DNA of 64,000 bases from an uncultured Gemmatimonadales bacterium (GTDB taxonomy: Bacteria; Gemmatimonadota; Gemmatimonadetes; Gemmatimonadales; Gemmatimonadaceae): the NCBI GenBank assembly GCA_963701965.1, contig OY969695.1, positions 3,840,001 to 3,904,000 of the forward strand, read 5' to 3'. The first letter of the stretch is position 1. Each line of letters starts with the position of its first letter. Below, in pieces: positions 39,559-50,062 of this stretch. A program made the translations under genes and the position numbers. The notes under the pieces were generated by a model. The model ran no database searches. It was given only the letters and a program-made list of their open reading frames with translations, and was not told where the DNA came from.

Positions 39559-40452
39559 TCAGGCCGCGTTCCAGAAACCGGCCAAGGCCGACCCGTCCGG
39601 TGACTCGCGGAGCTTCTCGAACGCCCGCTCGCGGATCTGCCGGATGCGCTCGCGGGTCACTCCCAGCAGCGCGCCGATCTTCTCCAACGTCATGGCCTCG
39701 GACCCTTCCTCGAGCCCATAATAGAGACTCAGGATTTTGCGCTCGCGCGCCGTCAGGTATTTGCGAAACACGCGATCGATGAACTCATGCATGAGCGAGC
39801 AATCGGTCGAATCCTCGATCTCGGCGCCATCGATGCCCGCGAACCGTTCGCCCAGTGTCGACGCCTCACGGTCCGACCGATCGATGGGCGCGTCGAGCGA
39901 GACTTCGGTCGACGACATTTGCTTCGCCGCCCGGACCACCTCCGGCGATTCTTCGATGAGGCGGCCGATCTCGTAGTCGGTGGGATCGCGCCGCAACACT
40001 TGCGCCAACATCGTCTCGGCGCGCGCCAACTTGATCAGTTGCGAATTTTGATTGAGCGGGATGCGGACCGATCGCGTCTGCTCGGCGAGCGCCTTGAGCA
40101 CCGCTTGCCGCACCCACCACACGGCGTAGGAGATGAACTTCACGCCTTGATCGGGATCGAACTTGCGCACGGCCTTGAGCAACCCTTCGTTCCCGATCGC
40201 CACCAGCTCGCTCAGATCGAGCCCGTGACCCTGATACTTCTTCACGTACGAGATCACGAATCGGAGATTGGCGGTCACCAGCCGCTCGGCCGCCTGGGTA
40301 TCACCGCGTTGCGCGCGCCGGGCCAGGCGCCGCTCTTCCTCCACTTCCCGTATCAAGGGAAGCTTTTGTATGTCGAGGAGATACTGATCGAAAGCACTGG
40401 ACGGGGAATTGCGAAAGAACCCTTTCGTTCTGCTTTCGGTCAGTTGCTGCAT
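39559..40452 (-). CDS. RNA polymerase sigma70 factor (RpoD/RpoS-like, lacking region 1.1)
   Basis: ANLRFVIS, KFISYAVWWVRQA, VRIPLN, SLDAPI, TLEKIG, VTRERIRQI. Confidence 0.93.
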   Translation of the reverse strand: MQQLTESRTKGFFRNSPSSAFDQYLLDIQKLPLIREVEEERRLARRAQRGDTQAAERLVTANLRFVISYVKKYQGHGLDLSELVAIGNEGLLKAVRKFDPDQGVKFISYAVWWVRQAVLKALAEQTRSVRIPLNQNSQLIKLARAETMLAQVLRRDPTDYEIGRLIEESPEVVRAAKQMSSTEVSLDAPIDRSDREASTLGERFAGIDGAEIEDSTDCSLMHEFIDRVFRKYLTARERKILSLYYGLEEGSEAMTLEKIGALLGVTRERIRQIRERAFEKLRESPDGSALAGFWNAA

Positions 40453-40539
40453 ACCCGAGCCCCTGGCTGGTCACGGAAAAACGCGGAAAGGCCGGGGCCC
40501 ACTGTAATAACGTGAACAGATGAGGTCAACAGCCACGAA

Positions 40540-41598
40540 TCATGCCGGCTCGGCGAGTGCGGCCAACGCCTCCGCGTCGGAGACCGAAACCGCCCACGTC
40601 GTATCGACATTGGCCATCCGTCCCAACGCCGAGGGCAGGGCGTACTCCACGCGATCGCGCCGGACTTTCTTATCACTATGCGTCAGTGCGATCACGCGTT
40701 CGGCGGGCAGCGTCCGCGGGACGGTGACGGGCAACTGCGCGTGCTGCAAGGCGATCCGCACCCGTGCCTCGGTCCCCGGTTCGGCGACGCCGAGGCGCTC
40801 GGCTAACCGGCTCTCGGCTACCATCCCGATCGCCACGGCCTCGCCATGTAACAACGCGAAACCGCTGAGCGTTTCCACGGCGTGGCCGATCGTGTGCCCG
40901 AAGTTCAAGATCTTGCGCACGCCGCCCTCGCGTTCGTCGCGCGCGACGACCGCGGACTTGATGGCAATGCTGCCTGCGATGAGCGCGAGCATTTCGTCGC
41001 TGGTGGGGTGGGGGAGCGCGGCGACCGTCCGCTCGAAATACCCGGCATCGGCGATCACGCCGTGTTTGATGGCCTCCGCGAACCCGGCGCGCAGCACGCG
41101 CGGCGGCAGCGTGCCGAGGACACCGGGATCAATGATCACCGCCGCCGGTTGATGGAACGCGCCCACCAGGTTCTTGCCCGCGGGGGTGTCCACCCCGGTC
41201 TTCCCGCCAATGGCGGCGTCGATCATCGCCAGCAACGTCGTCGGCACCTGGACGACGGGCACGCCTCTCATGTAGGTCGCGGCGACGAACCCGGCGAGAT
41301 CGCCGATCACGCCGCCGCCGAGCGCGACCACCGTCGAGTCGCGCGCGTATCCGCGGGCCAGCATCTCATCGCTGAGGGACGCCCAGGTCGCGCGCGTCTT
41401 GTGCGTCTCCCCGGCCGGCACCGTGAGCACCGGGACGCCGTCGGCGAACGACGCCGCCGCCCGCGCGGCGTATAGCGGCCCCACGATGGCATCGGTGATG
41501 ATCACGTAGCGATGCGCCGGCGCGGCGCGCGACACGCGGGGCCCCAGCGTGTCGAGACTCCCCACCGCGATGGTGAGGCCGGGGACGCCGCCTACCAC
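40540..41598 (-). CDS. aroB: 3-dehydroquinate synthase
   Basis: GGGVIGDLAGF, PTTLLAMIDAAIGGKTG, KNLVGAF, LNFGHTIGHA, HGEAVAIG. GTG start at 41598. Confidence 0.93.
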   Translation of the reverse strand: MVGGVPGLTIAVGSLDTLGPRVSRAAPAHRYVIITDAIVGPLYAARAAASFADGVPVLTVPAGETHKTRATWASLSDEMLARGYARDSTVVALGGGVIGDLAGFVAATYMRGVPVVQVPTTLLAMIDAAIGGKTGVDTPAGKNLVGAFHQPAAVIIDPGVLGTLPPRVLRAGFAEAIKHGVIADAGYFERTVAALPHPTSDEMLALIAGSIAIKSAVVARDEREGGVRKILNFGHTIGHAVETLSGFALLHGEAVAIGMVAESRLAERLGVAEPGTEARVRIALQHAQLPVTVPRTLPAERVIALTHSDKKVRRDRVEYALPSALGRMANVDTTWAVSVSDAEALAALAEPA

Positions 41599-42137
41599 GT
41601 GACTTCGCCGGCGCCGGCGCGCCGGTTGGCGACGCGCGCCAGCACGAAGAGCAGATCGGACAGGCGATTGAGATAGATGGTGACCAGCGGCGGCAGATCC
41701 GTCGTGGCCTGGAGATGCACGACCCGCCGCTCGGCGCGCCGGCACACGGTGCGCGCCACGTGCAAGGCCGCGGCCTTGGGACTGCCGCCGGGCAGGATGA
41801 ACGCCCGTAGCGGCTCCAGCTCCTCCTCGCCCGCGTCGATGGCCCGTTCCAATTGCCCGATGCGCTCATCGTCAATGCGCGCCTTGGCGAGCTGCTCGCG
41901 CATCTTGTCGCGGTCCGGCGTGGCCAGGATGGCGCCGAGCCCGAAGAGATCCCGCTGAATCGGCACCAGCACTTCGTCGATCCGCGGCAAGGACTCCACG
42001 GCCCGCGCCATGCCAATGGCGGCGTTCAGCTCATCGACTTCCCCGTATGCTTCCACGCGGGGATCGTCCTTGGGCACGCGCCCGCCGCCGAACAACCCGG
42101 TGTCGCCGTCGTCCCCCGTGCGCGTATAGATCCGCAT
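41592..42137 (-). CDS. pduO: PduO-type cob(I)alamin adenosyltransferase
   Basis: IYTRTGDDG, YGEVDELN, FILPGG, RTVCRRAER, YLNRLSDLLF. Confidence 0.9.
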   Translation of the reverse strand: MRIYTRTGDDGDTGLFGGGRVPKDDPRVEAYGEVDELNAAIGMARAVESLPRIDEVLVPIQRDLFGLGAILATPDRDKMREQLAKARIDDERIGQLERAIDAGEEELEPLRAFILPGGSPKAAALHVARTVCRRAERRVVHLQATTDLPPLVTIYLNRLSDLLFVLARVANRRAGAGEVTW

Positions 42138-42154
42138 CGGGGGAAGTTTAGCGG

Positions 42155-43210
42155 CTACGTCCCGAAGATGCGCTTGAAGAACGGCCGGCGGGCGGGGGTC
42201 GGGACGGCGGCCCGCCGGGCCGACTTTTTCAGGTTGGAGAACACGGTGCGTTCACCATCCTTCGACGGTTGGTACGTCGTCGGGAACAGCTTGGCGAGAT
42301 GCTCCTGCAGCATGTCGGGCGACCCGGGGACCCGTTGCGCCTCGCACCACCGGTCGAGGTCCCGCCCCATCTGGGCCGCCGTGCCCCGGCGCGCCGGATC
42401 CTTGTCCAGCGCCATCGTAATGATGTGCTCCAGCTCCGCCGGAATGTGCGGGACGCGCGCCCGAATGTTGGGGATGGGATGCACGGCGACCTCGTCGATC
42501 GCCAGTTGCGTGATGTCTTCCGTGAACAAGGGTTCCAACGCCAGCAGCTCGTACAGCACCACGCCCATGGTGAAGACGTCGCTTCGCGCATCGACGTTGA
42601 GTCCCAGCATCTGCTCGGGGCTCATGTAGTGCTTCTTGCCCATCAACATCTGCCGGCCCGCCGCCGGATCGATCGACGTGCGCGCCTTGGCAATGCCGAA
42701 ATCGGCCAACTTGATGTGTCCATCCCACGAGGCCATGATGTTGCCCGGCGACACATCGCGGTGGACGATGTCGAGCCGGCGTTTGTCGGGCGCGACGAAG
42801 TTGTGGGCGAAGTCGAGCGCGCGACACACGCGGCTCGCGACGTAGGCGGCGAGGTGGGCGGGAATCGGCTGGCCCAACTCCCAATGCCGGTCAATGACCG
42901 ACCGGACGGTGGGCCCTTGGATGAACTCCATCGCGATGAAGTACTCGCCCGACACTTCGCCCAGTTGGTAGATCTGCACGATGTTGCCGTGCATCAGATT
43001 GGCCGACAGCTTCGCTTCATCGATGAAGAGCTGCAGCCATTCCTGCTGCTTCGCGTACTGCGGATGGATGACTTTGAGCGCGATGCGCTTGGCGAATCCG
43101 GCCGGGCCGAGCTGTTCCGCTTCGTACACGGTGGCCATCCCGCCCACCGCAATCTTGCGGACCAGTCGGAACGAACCGGCGTACTGGAGGAAGCGGTCGT
43201 TGTCGGTCAT
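42155..43210 (-). CDS. Hanks-type Ser/Thr protein kinase (soluble)
   Basis: GGMATVY, ALK, HRDVSPGN, DFG, YMSPEQ, SDVF. Confidence 0.92.
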   Translation of the reverse strand: MTDNDRFLQYAGSFRLVRKIAVGGMATVYEAEQLGPAGFAKRIALKVIHPQYAKQQEWLQLFIDEAKLSANLMHGNIVQIYQLGEVSGEYFIAMEFIQGPTVRSVIDRHWELGQPIPAHLAAYVASRVCRALDFAHNFVAPDKRRLDIVHRDVSPGNIMASWDGHIKLADFGIAKARTSIDPAAGRQMLMGKKHYMSPEQMLGLNVDARSDVFTMGVVLYELLALEPLFTEDITQLAIDEVAVHPIPNIRARVPHIPAELEHIITMALDKDPARRGTAAQMGRDLDRWCEAQRVPGSPDMLQEHLAKLFPTTYQPSKDGERTVFSNLKKSARRAAVPTPARRPFFKRIFGT

Positions 43211-43219
43211 CTTTCGGGG

Positions 43220-44248
43220 ATGGCTCAGCGGACGTTACATGATGTGCGCGACGTGACGATCATCGGCGGTGGTCCGACTGGATTGTTCGCCCTCTTTTAT
43301 GCCGGGATGCGCGGCGCGACCGGCCGCATCGTCGATGCGCTGCCCGAACTCGGTGGACAGCTCACGGCGCTCTACCCGGAGAAATACATCTTCGACGTCG
43401 CCGGCTTTCCCAAAGTGCTGGCCAAGGACCTGGTCCGCTCACTCGCCGAGCAGGCGGCGCAGTTCCAACAGCCGTGGCATTTGAGCCAACGGGTCGAAGC
43501 TCTGGAAGAAGACGGCGGGTTGTTCACGCTCGTCACGGCCACCGACCGTTTCCCATCCCGCGCCATCGTCATTGCGGCCGGGATCGGGGCGTTTTCGCCG
43601 CGGCGACTGCCGCAGCCGTTTGCGGCGTCCTGGTACGGCAAGGGCATTCACGAGGTCGTCACCGACCCCGAAGCGTTCCGCGACCGGCGGGTCGTCATCA
43701 TTGGCGGCGGGGACTCGGCGTTCGACTGGGCGACGCAACTCCTGGGGCGCGCCGCGTCGGTGACCCTCGTGCATCGGAGCGACCGGTTTCGGGCGCACGC
43801 CGCGACCGTGCGGCAGCTGCACGAGGCCGTCGGGGCCGGCAAGGCGGCGCTGCATACGTTCCACGAGCTCCACGAGATCTGCGGCGACAACGGGCATCTG
43901 ACCGGCGTCGTGCTGCGCGACACAAAGGCCAAGTCCACGCGCGAGATCCCGGCTGATGCGGTCCTGCCCATGCTGGGTTTCGTCAGCGACATCGGACCGC
44001 TGGCCGACTGGGGGCTCCGTCTGGAGAAGGACGAGATCGTCGTCTCCAGCACCATGGAGACCGGACGCGCCGGGGTGTACGCGGCGGGCGACATCACGAC
44101 CTATCCGGGAAAGCTCAAGCTGATCGCCACCGGATTCAGCGAGGCGGCGATTGCCGTCAACCAGGCGGTCCACTGGATCTACCCCGACAAGAAGGTGGCG
44201 CCGGGGCATAGCTCGAACATGGCCATTTTCGGCCAGACCGACGACTAG
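43220..44248 (+). CDS. Ferredoxin-NADP+ reductase, TrxB-like (YumC type)
   Basis: GGGPTG, GGQLTALYPEKYIFDVAGFP, GGGDSAFD, HR, GDI...GKLKLIA, HSS tail. No CxxC. Start 43220 or 43244. Confidence 0.9.
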   Translation: MAQRTLHDVRDVTIIGGGPTGLFALFYAGMRGATGRIVDALPELGGQLTALYPEKYIFDVAGFPKVLAKDLVRSLAEQAAQFQQPWHLSQRVEALEEDGGLFTLVTATDRFPSRAIVIAAGIGAFSPRRLPQPFAASWYGKGIHEVVTDPEAFRDRRVVIIGGGDSAFDWATQLLGRAASVTLVHRSDRFRAHAATVRQLHEAVGAGKAALHTFHELHEICGDNGHLTGVVLRDTKAKSTREIPADAVLPMLGFVSDIGPLADWGLRLEKDEIVVSSTMETGRAGVYAAGDITTYPGKLKLIATGFSEAAIAVNQAVHWIYPDKKVAPGHSSNMAIFGQTDD

Positions 44249-45180
44249 TCGTACGTGACGCGGGGATCGGCGGCGGCGTACGCCAGATCGGTCAGCAGGT
44301 TCACCAGGACGAAGACGACACTGAGAAAGAGCACCGATCCCTGGATGGCGGGGAGGTCGCGGCGCGCGATGGCGTTCACGACGTAGCGGCCGAGCCCCGG
44401 CCAGCTGAACACCGTCTCGGTCAGAATCGATCCGGTGAGATAGTAGCCGACATCGAGACCGAGCACGGTAATCACCGGGATGAGCGCCGTGCGCAACGCG
44501 TGGCGCAGGACGACATCGCGCTCCCGCAAGCCCTTGGCCCGCGCCGTCCGCACGTAGTCGGCGCCAAGGGATTCCAACATTGCCGAGCGCGTCTGCCGGG
44601 CCAGCACCGCGATCGACCTGAGCCCAAGCGCGAACGCCGGCAGCACCAGGTACACCGGGTTGCCGCCGCCAAAGCCCGACGGTGGCAGCCACCGGAGGGC
44701 CACGGCGAAGATCAGGATCAGGACCAAGCCGACCCAGTACACCGGAAACGAGATCCCCAGATACGCGCCGACCGAGGCCAGGCGATCCGTCCACGTGTCC
44801 GGGTGGCGTGCCGAGAGGATGCCGAGCGGCACGCCGAGGGCGACGGCGAGCATCATCGCCGAGAGTGCCAGCAGCACCGTGTTGGGAAATCGCTCGGCGA
44901 TGTCGCGGCTGATCGGCCGGCCGGTGATGTAGGATCGCCCGAGGTCTCCGCGCAGCACGCCCGCCGCGTAATGCGCGAACTGCATCGGCACGGGCTCATC
45001 GAGATGCATCTGGGCCCGGAGCCGCGCCACGGTGGCCGAGTCGGCGCGTTCGCCGACCATCTCCTGCACGGGATCGCCGGGCGCTACGTAGAGCAGCAGA
45101 AACGCGACGATGAGCACGCCGGCCAGCGTCGGCACGGCCAGCACGAGCCGTCGGACGATGAACGCCGTCTTTTTGTGCAC
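44245..45180 (-). CDS. Peptide/nickel ABC transporter permease (DppB/OppB-like)
   Basis: APGDP, GDLGRS, DYVRTARAKGL, ETVFSWPGLG, DPRV. Confidence 0.92.
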   Translation of the reverse strand: MHKKTAFIVRRLVLAVPTLAGVLIVAFLLLYVAPGDPVQEMVGERADSATVARLRAQMHLDEPVPMQFAHYAAGVLRGDLGRSYITGRPISRDIAERFPNTVLLALSAMMLAVALGVPLGILSARHPDTWTDRLASVGAYLGISFPVYWVGLVLILIFAVALRWLPPSGFGGGNPVYLVLPAFALGLRSIAVLARQTRSAMLESLGADYVRTARAKGLRERDVVLRHALRTALIPVITVLGLDVGYYLTGSILTETVFSWPGLGRYVVNAIARRDLPAIQGSVLFLSVVFVLVNLLTDLAYAAADPRVTYD

Positions 45181-45184
45181 GGCG

Positions 45185-46768
45185 CTACTGCGCGGCGTGC
45201 GCGATCTCGACGTCCGTCCAGCGCTGCGCGTTGAAGATCACGGGCGCCTGGAAGCCCTTGAGCCATGGCTGGACGGCGTACAGGTCGTTGTAGAAGACCA
45301 GGAACAACATGGGCGCATCCGTGAACGCCAGCGAGTCGGCCTGGCGATACTCCCGCGCCCGCGTGTCGTCGCTCCGCTCCTCGCGCGCCGCGCCGATGAG
45401 CCGGTCGAATTGCGGGTTGGCGTAGAAGGACACGTTGCCGCCTTGGCCCGCGTTGGCCGACGCCAGCAACGGGTACAGAAAATTCTCGGCGTCGACGTAG
45501 TCCGCGTACCAGTCCTTGAGCACGATGTCGGTCTTGCCGTTGCGGGCCGCATCGCGCAGGGAGTTGTTGTCGCGCTGGACGATCTGCACGGTGACGCCGA
45601 CGGCCGCCAGATACCCCTGGATGGCCTGTGCCACCTGGGGGAACGGCGGCTCCTGCCCGCACCACAACTCCAGCCGCACGTCATGCGCGTGGCCGGCCGC
45701 GGCCAGCAAATGCTTGGCCCGCGCGGGATCAAAGGGGTAGGGATGCCGGCTCGTGTCGGCCCCGATCACGGATGGCGGAACGACACCGGCCGCCAGGCGG
45801 CCGCGCCCCGCCAGCAGTTGGTCCAGAATCTGCCGCCGGTCGACCGCGTAGTTGATCGCCTGGCGCACGCGGGCGTCGGTCAGCGGACCGCGCGTGACAT
45901 TGAACGCGGCATAGATGAGACGCAGCGGCGGCGGCGACTGCAAGAGCGCTTTGCGTTCGTCGGTTTCCTGCCACTGCCGGGTCTCGCCTTCCGGCACGTA
46001 GAGGAGATCGACGTTACCGGCCTCGAATTCGGCCACCGCGGTACTGGGCTCGGGCACGATGCGGGCTTCGAACGAGTCGGCTTTGGGCGGACCGCCGAAG
46101 TACGCGGCGTTGCGCGCCAGCCGGACATAGTCGTCGTGCTTCCACTCGGCGAACTTCCACGGCCCCGTGCCCACGGGATGCTCGCTGAAGTTGTCGGGCA
46201 CCGAGTCCGGGACGATGGACGCGACCGGCATCGCCAGCAGTTTGGGAAAGACCGCCAGTGGGGACGCCAGCGTGATCACCACGGTGCTATCGTCGGGGGC
46301 AGCGAGCCCCGGGACGCTCGCGGCTTTGCCGCTGGCGAACTCGCGGGCGCCGGCGATCGGATAGAGCGGCCAGAGGGGAACGCCCTTGGTGGCGGGATCG
46401 AGCGCCCGCGTGATGCTGTGGACCACCGTCGACGCCCGCAGGGGGCGGCCGTCGTGAAACGCGATGTGGGCCCGGAGGTGAAACGTGTAGGCGAGATTGG
46501 AGGGGCTCACGTCCCAGCGGGAGGCGAGCCCGGGCAGAAGCGACCCGTCGGATCCGACGCGCGTCAACCCATTGAACAGGTCGGCGACCAGGCGGCCACT
46601 GGGGATGTCGTTCGCGTGCGCTGGATCGAGCGACCGGGGGTCGTAGCGGTCCCGCGAGTCGATCAGCGTGCGCCGGGCCGGATTTGCGTCCCCACCACGG
46701 CAGCTAACCAGCGCGCATGCGAAGAAAACACTTGCGAAGAGACGGTAAATCGTTGGCACCGTTGACAT
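45185..46768 (-). CDS. ABC transporter substrate-binding lipoprotein (family 5)
   Basis: Lipobox LVSC, SLDPA, FHDG, GTGPWK, RVRQAINYAVDR. Confidence 0.92.
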   Translation of the reverse strand: MSTVPTIYRLFASVFFACALVSCRGGDANPARRTLIDSRDRYDPRSLDPAHANDIPSGRLVADLFNGLTRVGSDGSLLPGLASRWDVSPSNLAYTFHLRAHIAFHDGRPLRASTVVHSITRALDPATKGVPLWPLYPIAGAREFASGKAASVPGLAAPDDSTVVITLASPLAVFPKLLAMPVASIVPDSVPDNFSEHPVGTGPWKFAEWKHDDYVRLARNAAYFGGPPKADSFEARIVPEPSTAVAEFEAGNVDLLYVPEGETRQWQETDERKALLQSPPPLRLIYAAFNVTRGPLTDARVRQAINYAVDRRQILDQLLAGRGRLAAGVVPPSVIGADTSRHPYPFDPARAKHLLAAAGHAHDVRLELWCGQEPPFPQVAQAIQGYLAAVGVTVQIVQRDNNSLRDAARNGKTDIVLKDWYADYVDAENFLYPLLASANAGQGGNVSFYANPQFDRLIGAAREERSDDTRAREYRQADSLAFTDAPMLFLVFYNDLYAVQPWLKGFQAPVIFNAQRWTDVEIAHAAQ

Positions 46769-46817
46769 AATGGGTGGCGCGGCGAGAACTTACGCCGCTA
46801 CTTAAGATGCGTCAATC

Positions 46818-47738
46818 GTGAGCTATATCCTGTATGCCGACGACCATGAGGACATGCGCTTGATGGTGCGCGCCCTCCTCACGTCGTCAGGCCATGAAGT
46901 CGCCCTCGTCGCGGACGGCAGGGCCGCGCTCGACGCGTTACAGGAGCGCGAGCCGGACCTGCTGCTGCTCGACGTGATGATGCCGCGCCTGTCGGGGCTC
47001 GACACGTGCCGCGCCGTGAAGGGTAACCCGTTCACGGCGCGGATTCCGGTCCTCATGCTCACGGCCGAAGGGCAGATCGATAGCAAGGTCGAGGGATTCG
47101 AGGCCGGCGCCGATGACTATCTGGCCAAGCCGTTCGATCCCCGCGAGCTCCGCGCCCGCGTCGCCGCCCTCCTCCGGCTGGTCCGCCGCGAGGCCGATCG
47201 CAACCCGACCAGCGGACTGCCCGGCGGGCGCGCGATCGAGGAAGAGATCATGCGCCGCATCGGCAACGACGACACGTTCGCCGTGTGCTATCTCGACATC
47301 GACTACTTCAAGCCGTTCGCCGACACCTTCGGCTTCGCGGCGGCGGACACGGTCATCAAGGACACGGCATCGGCCATTGTGGACGCCGTCGCCGCGCACG
47401 GACACGCCCTGGACTTCGTCGGCCACGTCGGCGGCGATGACTTTCTGATCGTGACCGATGGGACGCGCGCCGAGGTGGTGCTCCGGGACTCGTCCAGCCG
47501 GTTCCGCGACGTCATCGGCCGCGTCGTCGGCTACGAAGCGCTGGAGCGGGGCGCGTTTCCCGGCGTCGATCGCGATGGCACCATCAAACGCTTCCCCATC
47601 GCCCGGATGTCGGCCGCCGTGGTGACGGTGCGGCCGGACGAGTGGATCTCGATCGGGCACCTCGGCGCGCTGGCGGCCGACGCGAAGCGGCGCGCGAAGC
47701 AGCAAGGCGCAGGGACGATTCTCGTCAACGCCGGTTAG
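46818..47738 (+). CDS. Response regulator, REC plus GGDEF (GGDDF) domain
   Basis: LLDVMMP, DYLAKPF, NPTSGLPG, DIDYFK, GHVGGDDF. Confidence 0.88.
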   Translation: MSYILYADDHEDMRLMVRALLTSSGHEVALVADGRAALDALQEREPDLLLLDVMMPRLSGLDTCRAVKGNPFTARIPVLMLTAEGQIDSKVEGFEAGADDYLAKPFDPRELRARVAALLRLVRREADRNPTSGLPGGRAIEEEIMRRIGNDDTFAVCYLDIDYFKPFADTFGFAAADTVIKDTASAIVDAVAAHGHALDFVGHVGGDDFLIVTDGTRAEVVLRDSSSRFRDVIGRVVGYEALERGAFPGVDRDGTIKRFPIARMSAAVVTVRPDEWISIGHLGALAADAKRRAKQQGAGTILVNAG

Positions 47739-47751
47739 GCGCTCGACGGGC

Positions 47752-50055
47752 GTGCGCCTCGCCGCCATCGCGCTCGCCTTCGTGGCCGGCGCGACGATCG
47801 TCCCCCGCGCCGCCGCCGCGCAAAGCGAGCGATGCGGCGCCAACGACCCGGAAGTCGGCTGGCTGCACTTCCGCGGCAACCAGTCGTTCGACGACGAAGA
47901 GCTGGGCAACGCCATCGTGACCACGCCGTCGAGCTGGGCGCGCCGCACGTTTCGCTTCATCGGCACCCGCCGCTGCCTCGACCGCGATGAGTACGCCCGC
48001 GACCGCCTGCGCCTCGAGATTTTCTACCGCAAGCATGGGTACTATCAGGCCACGGTCGACACGCTGCTGCGGGCGCTGAGCCCGGGCATCGTGGGCGTCG
48101 CGTTCACGATCCACGAGGGCGAGCCCGTGGTGATCGACTCGATCACCGTCGCCGGCTTCTCGGGGCTCAAAAATATCGAGCGCGACACCAGCCACCTCCC
48201 GGTGCGCCGCCGTCTCCCGGGCCACAAGCCGACGCGCGCGAACGTGTTCGACCGCTACACGATCGATGCCACGCGCGATGTGCTGGTGCGCCGGCTGCAG
48301 GCCGCGGGGTTCCCGTTTGCCCAGGTGCTCGTGAACACCGACGTCAACACCGCGCGCCGGTCGGCTTGGGTGGGCTTTACCGCGGTACGGGGACCGTACG
48401 CCACTATCCGCTCCGTGGTCATCGACTCGCGCTCCGCGCACGGCGGAAAGGCGGAGATTCCCGACCAGGTTGCCACGCGGTTGAGCGGCCTGGCGCCGGG
48501 CCAACCGTACGACGTGACGGACCTCCAAAAGGCTCAGCGCAACTTGTTCGAGACCAATGCCTATCGGCGGGTACGCTACGACGTGTCACCCGACTCCGTC
48601 CCGTCCGACATCCCCGATACCGCGGTCGACGTCACGCTGCACACCCAGGAGGACTACATCCACTCGGCGCGTGTCGGCGCCGGATGGGGCACGCTCGATT
48701 GTTTCCGCGTCCAGGGGCAGTACACCGACCGCAATTTCTTCGACGACGCGCGACACCTCGACGTGTCGGCGCGCGTGTCCAAGATCGGCATCGGCGACCC
48801 GTTCGGTGGCCTCCACAACAGCCTGTGCGCGCCCGCCCGCGGCGACATCTACGCCGATTCGCTGAACTACAACGTCTCCATCACTCTGCGGCAACCCGAG
48901 CTGTTCGGCATCCGTCTCTATCCGCAGCTCTCGCTCTACAGCGAGCGCCGGTCGGAGTTCAATGCCTACGTCCGCTCCACCCCCATCGGCGCGACGGCGT
49001 CGCTGACCCGCAATCTGGGGTGGCTCGTCTCGGTGGTGCCCCAATACACGCTGCAGTACGGGAAGACATCGGCGGCGCCCGCGCTGCTGTGCGCCCTCTT
49101 CAATCTCTGCCAGGCGGCGGACCAGGCCCGCGTGCTGCGGGAAGGCGTGCTGAGCCAGGTCGGGGTCACGGTGGTCCGGGACGGGCGCGACGATCCGATT
49201 ACGCCGCACCGGGGCTCGTTCCTCAGCACCAGCTTCACCCACTCGGGTCCCGAGCTGGGCTCGAACAGCGAATTTCAGTTCAGCAAAATCACGGGCGAAG
49301 CCCGCTGGTACCACGAGATCGCGCACACCGGCGCTGTTTTTGGGGCGCGCATTCTGGCTGGCCACATCTTCGGAACGAGCTCGGCCGACGGATTTGCATT
49401 CGTCCCGCTCGAGCAGCGTCTCTATGCCGGCGGTCCCACCACCGTGCGAGGCTTTCCCCAGAACCAACTGGGGCCGGCCGTTTACCTGACGCAATTCATC
49501 GATTCGGCCTGCACGCTGGCGGGCGCCCGTTGCACCACTCCCCGGTTCTCCCACGTCGTGCCGACGCGCCCCGTGTTCGTCGTGCCCACCGGCGGGAACA
49601 CCAGCATCGTCGCCAACGCGGAGCTCCGCCTCAAGAGCCCGGTGCTGCCGAGTTACGTCGGGTGGACGGCCTTCGTGGACGCGGGTCGGGTCACGCCGCC
49701 ACCGACCAAGGGCACGGTGCTCGATTCCACCCTGCAGCATTTTTTCGTGACGCCGGGTGTCGGCGTGCAGGCGTTCACGCCGATTGGACCGGTCCGTCTC
49801 AATGTGGGGTATAATCCGGCGCGACAGCCGTTCGGTCCCGCTTACTTCGCCGTGCCGCCCGCGTCCTTGGGAGAGAACCAGGCGCAGGCGCCCGTGCTCT
49901 GCGTTAGCCCCGGAAACACGCTGCAAATCGTGAACGTCAAGGGCGTCCCTGTACAAGCGACCAATGCGCCGTGTCCCGCGTCGTACCAACCGGTGCCGAA
50001 GAATGGCTTCCTGAATCATCTCACGTTGAACTTCTCGATCGGCGAAGCGTTCTGA
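47752..50055 (+). CDS. tamA: Omp85/TamA family outer-membrane protein
   Basis: Signal peptide, POTRA-like repeats, YAGGPTTVRGF, TPIGPVRL, C-terminal IGEAF. Adjacent to tamB. Confidence 0.82.
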   Translation: MRLAAIALAFVAGATIVPRAAAAQSERCGANDPEVGWLHFRGNQSFDDEELGNAIVTTPSSWARRTFRFIGTRRCLDRDEYARDRLRLEIFYRKHGYYQATVDTLLRALSPGIVGVAFTIHEGEPVVIDSITVAGFSGLKNIERDTSHLPVRRRLPGHKPTRANVFDRYTIDATRDVLVRRLQAAGFPFAQVLVNTDVNTARRSAWVGFTAVRGPYATIRSVVIDSRSAHGGKAEIPDQVATRLSGLAPGQPYDVTDLQKAQRNLFETNAYRRVRYDVSPDSVPSDIPDTAVDVTLHTQEDYIHSARVGAGWGTLDCFRVQGQYTDRNFFDDARHLDVSARVSKIGIGDPFGGLHNSLCAPARGDIYADSLNYNVSITLRQPELFGIRLYPQLSLYSERRSEFNAYVRSTPIGATASLTRNLGWLVSVVPQYTLQYGKTSAAPALLCALFNLCQAADQARVLREGVLSQVGVTVVRDGRDDPITPHRGSFLSTSFTHSGPELGSNSEFQFSKITGEARWYHEIAHTGAVFGARILAGHIFGTSSADGFAFVPLEQRLYAGGPTTVRGFPQNQLGPAVYLTQFIDSACTLAGARCTTPRFSHVVPTRPVFVVPTGGNTSIVANAELRLKSPVLPSYVGWTAFVDAGRVTPPPTKGTVLDSTLQHFFVTPGVGVQAFTPIGPVRLNVGYNPARQPFGPAYFAVPPASLGENQAQAPVLCVSPGNTLQIVNVKGVPVQATNAPCPASYQPVPKNGFLNHLTLNFSIGEAF

Positions 50056-50062
50056 TCGCACC

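Noticed and set aside
42269..43219. Apparent long N-terminal domain on FNR
   Set aside because: It is the antisense shadow of the Ser/Thr kinase.
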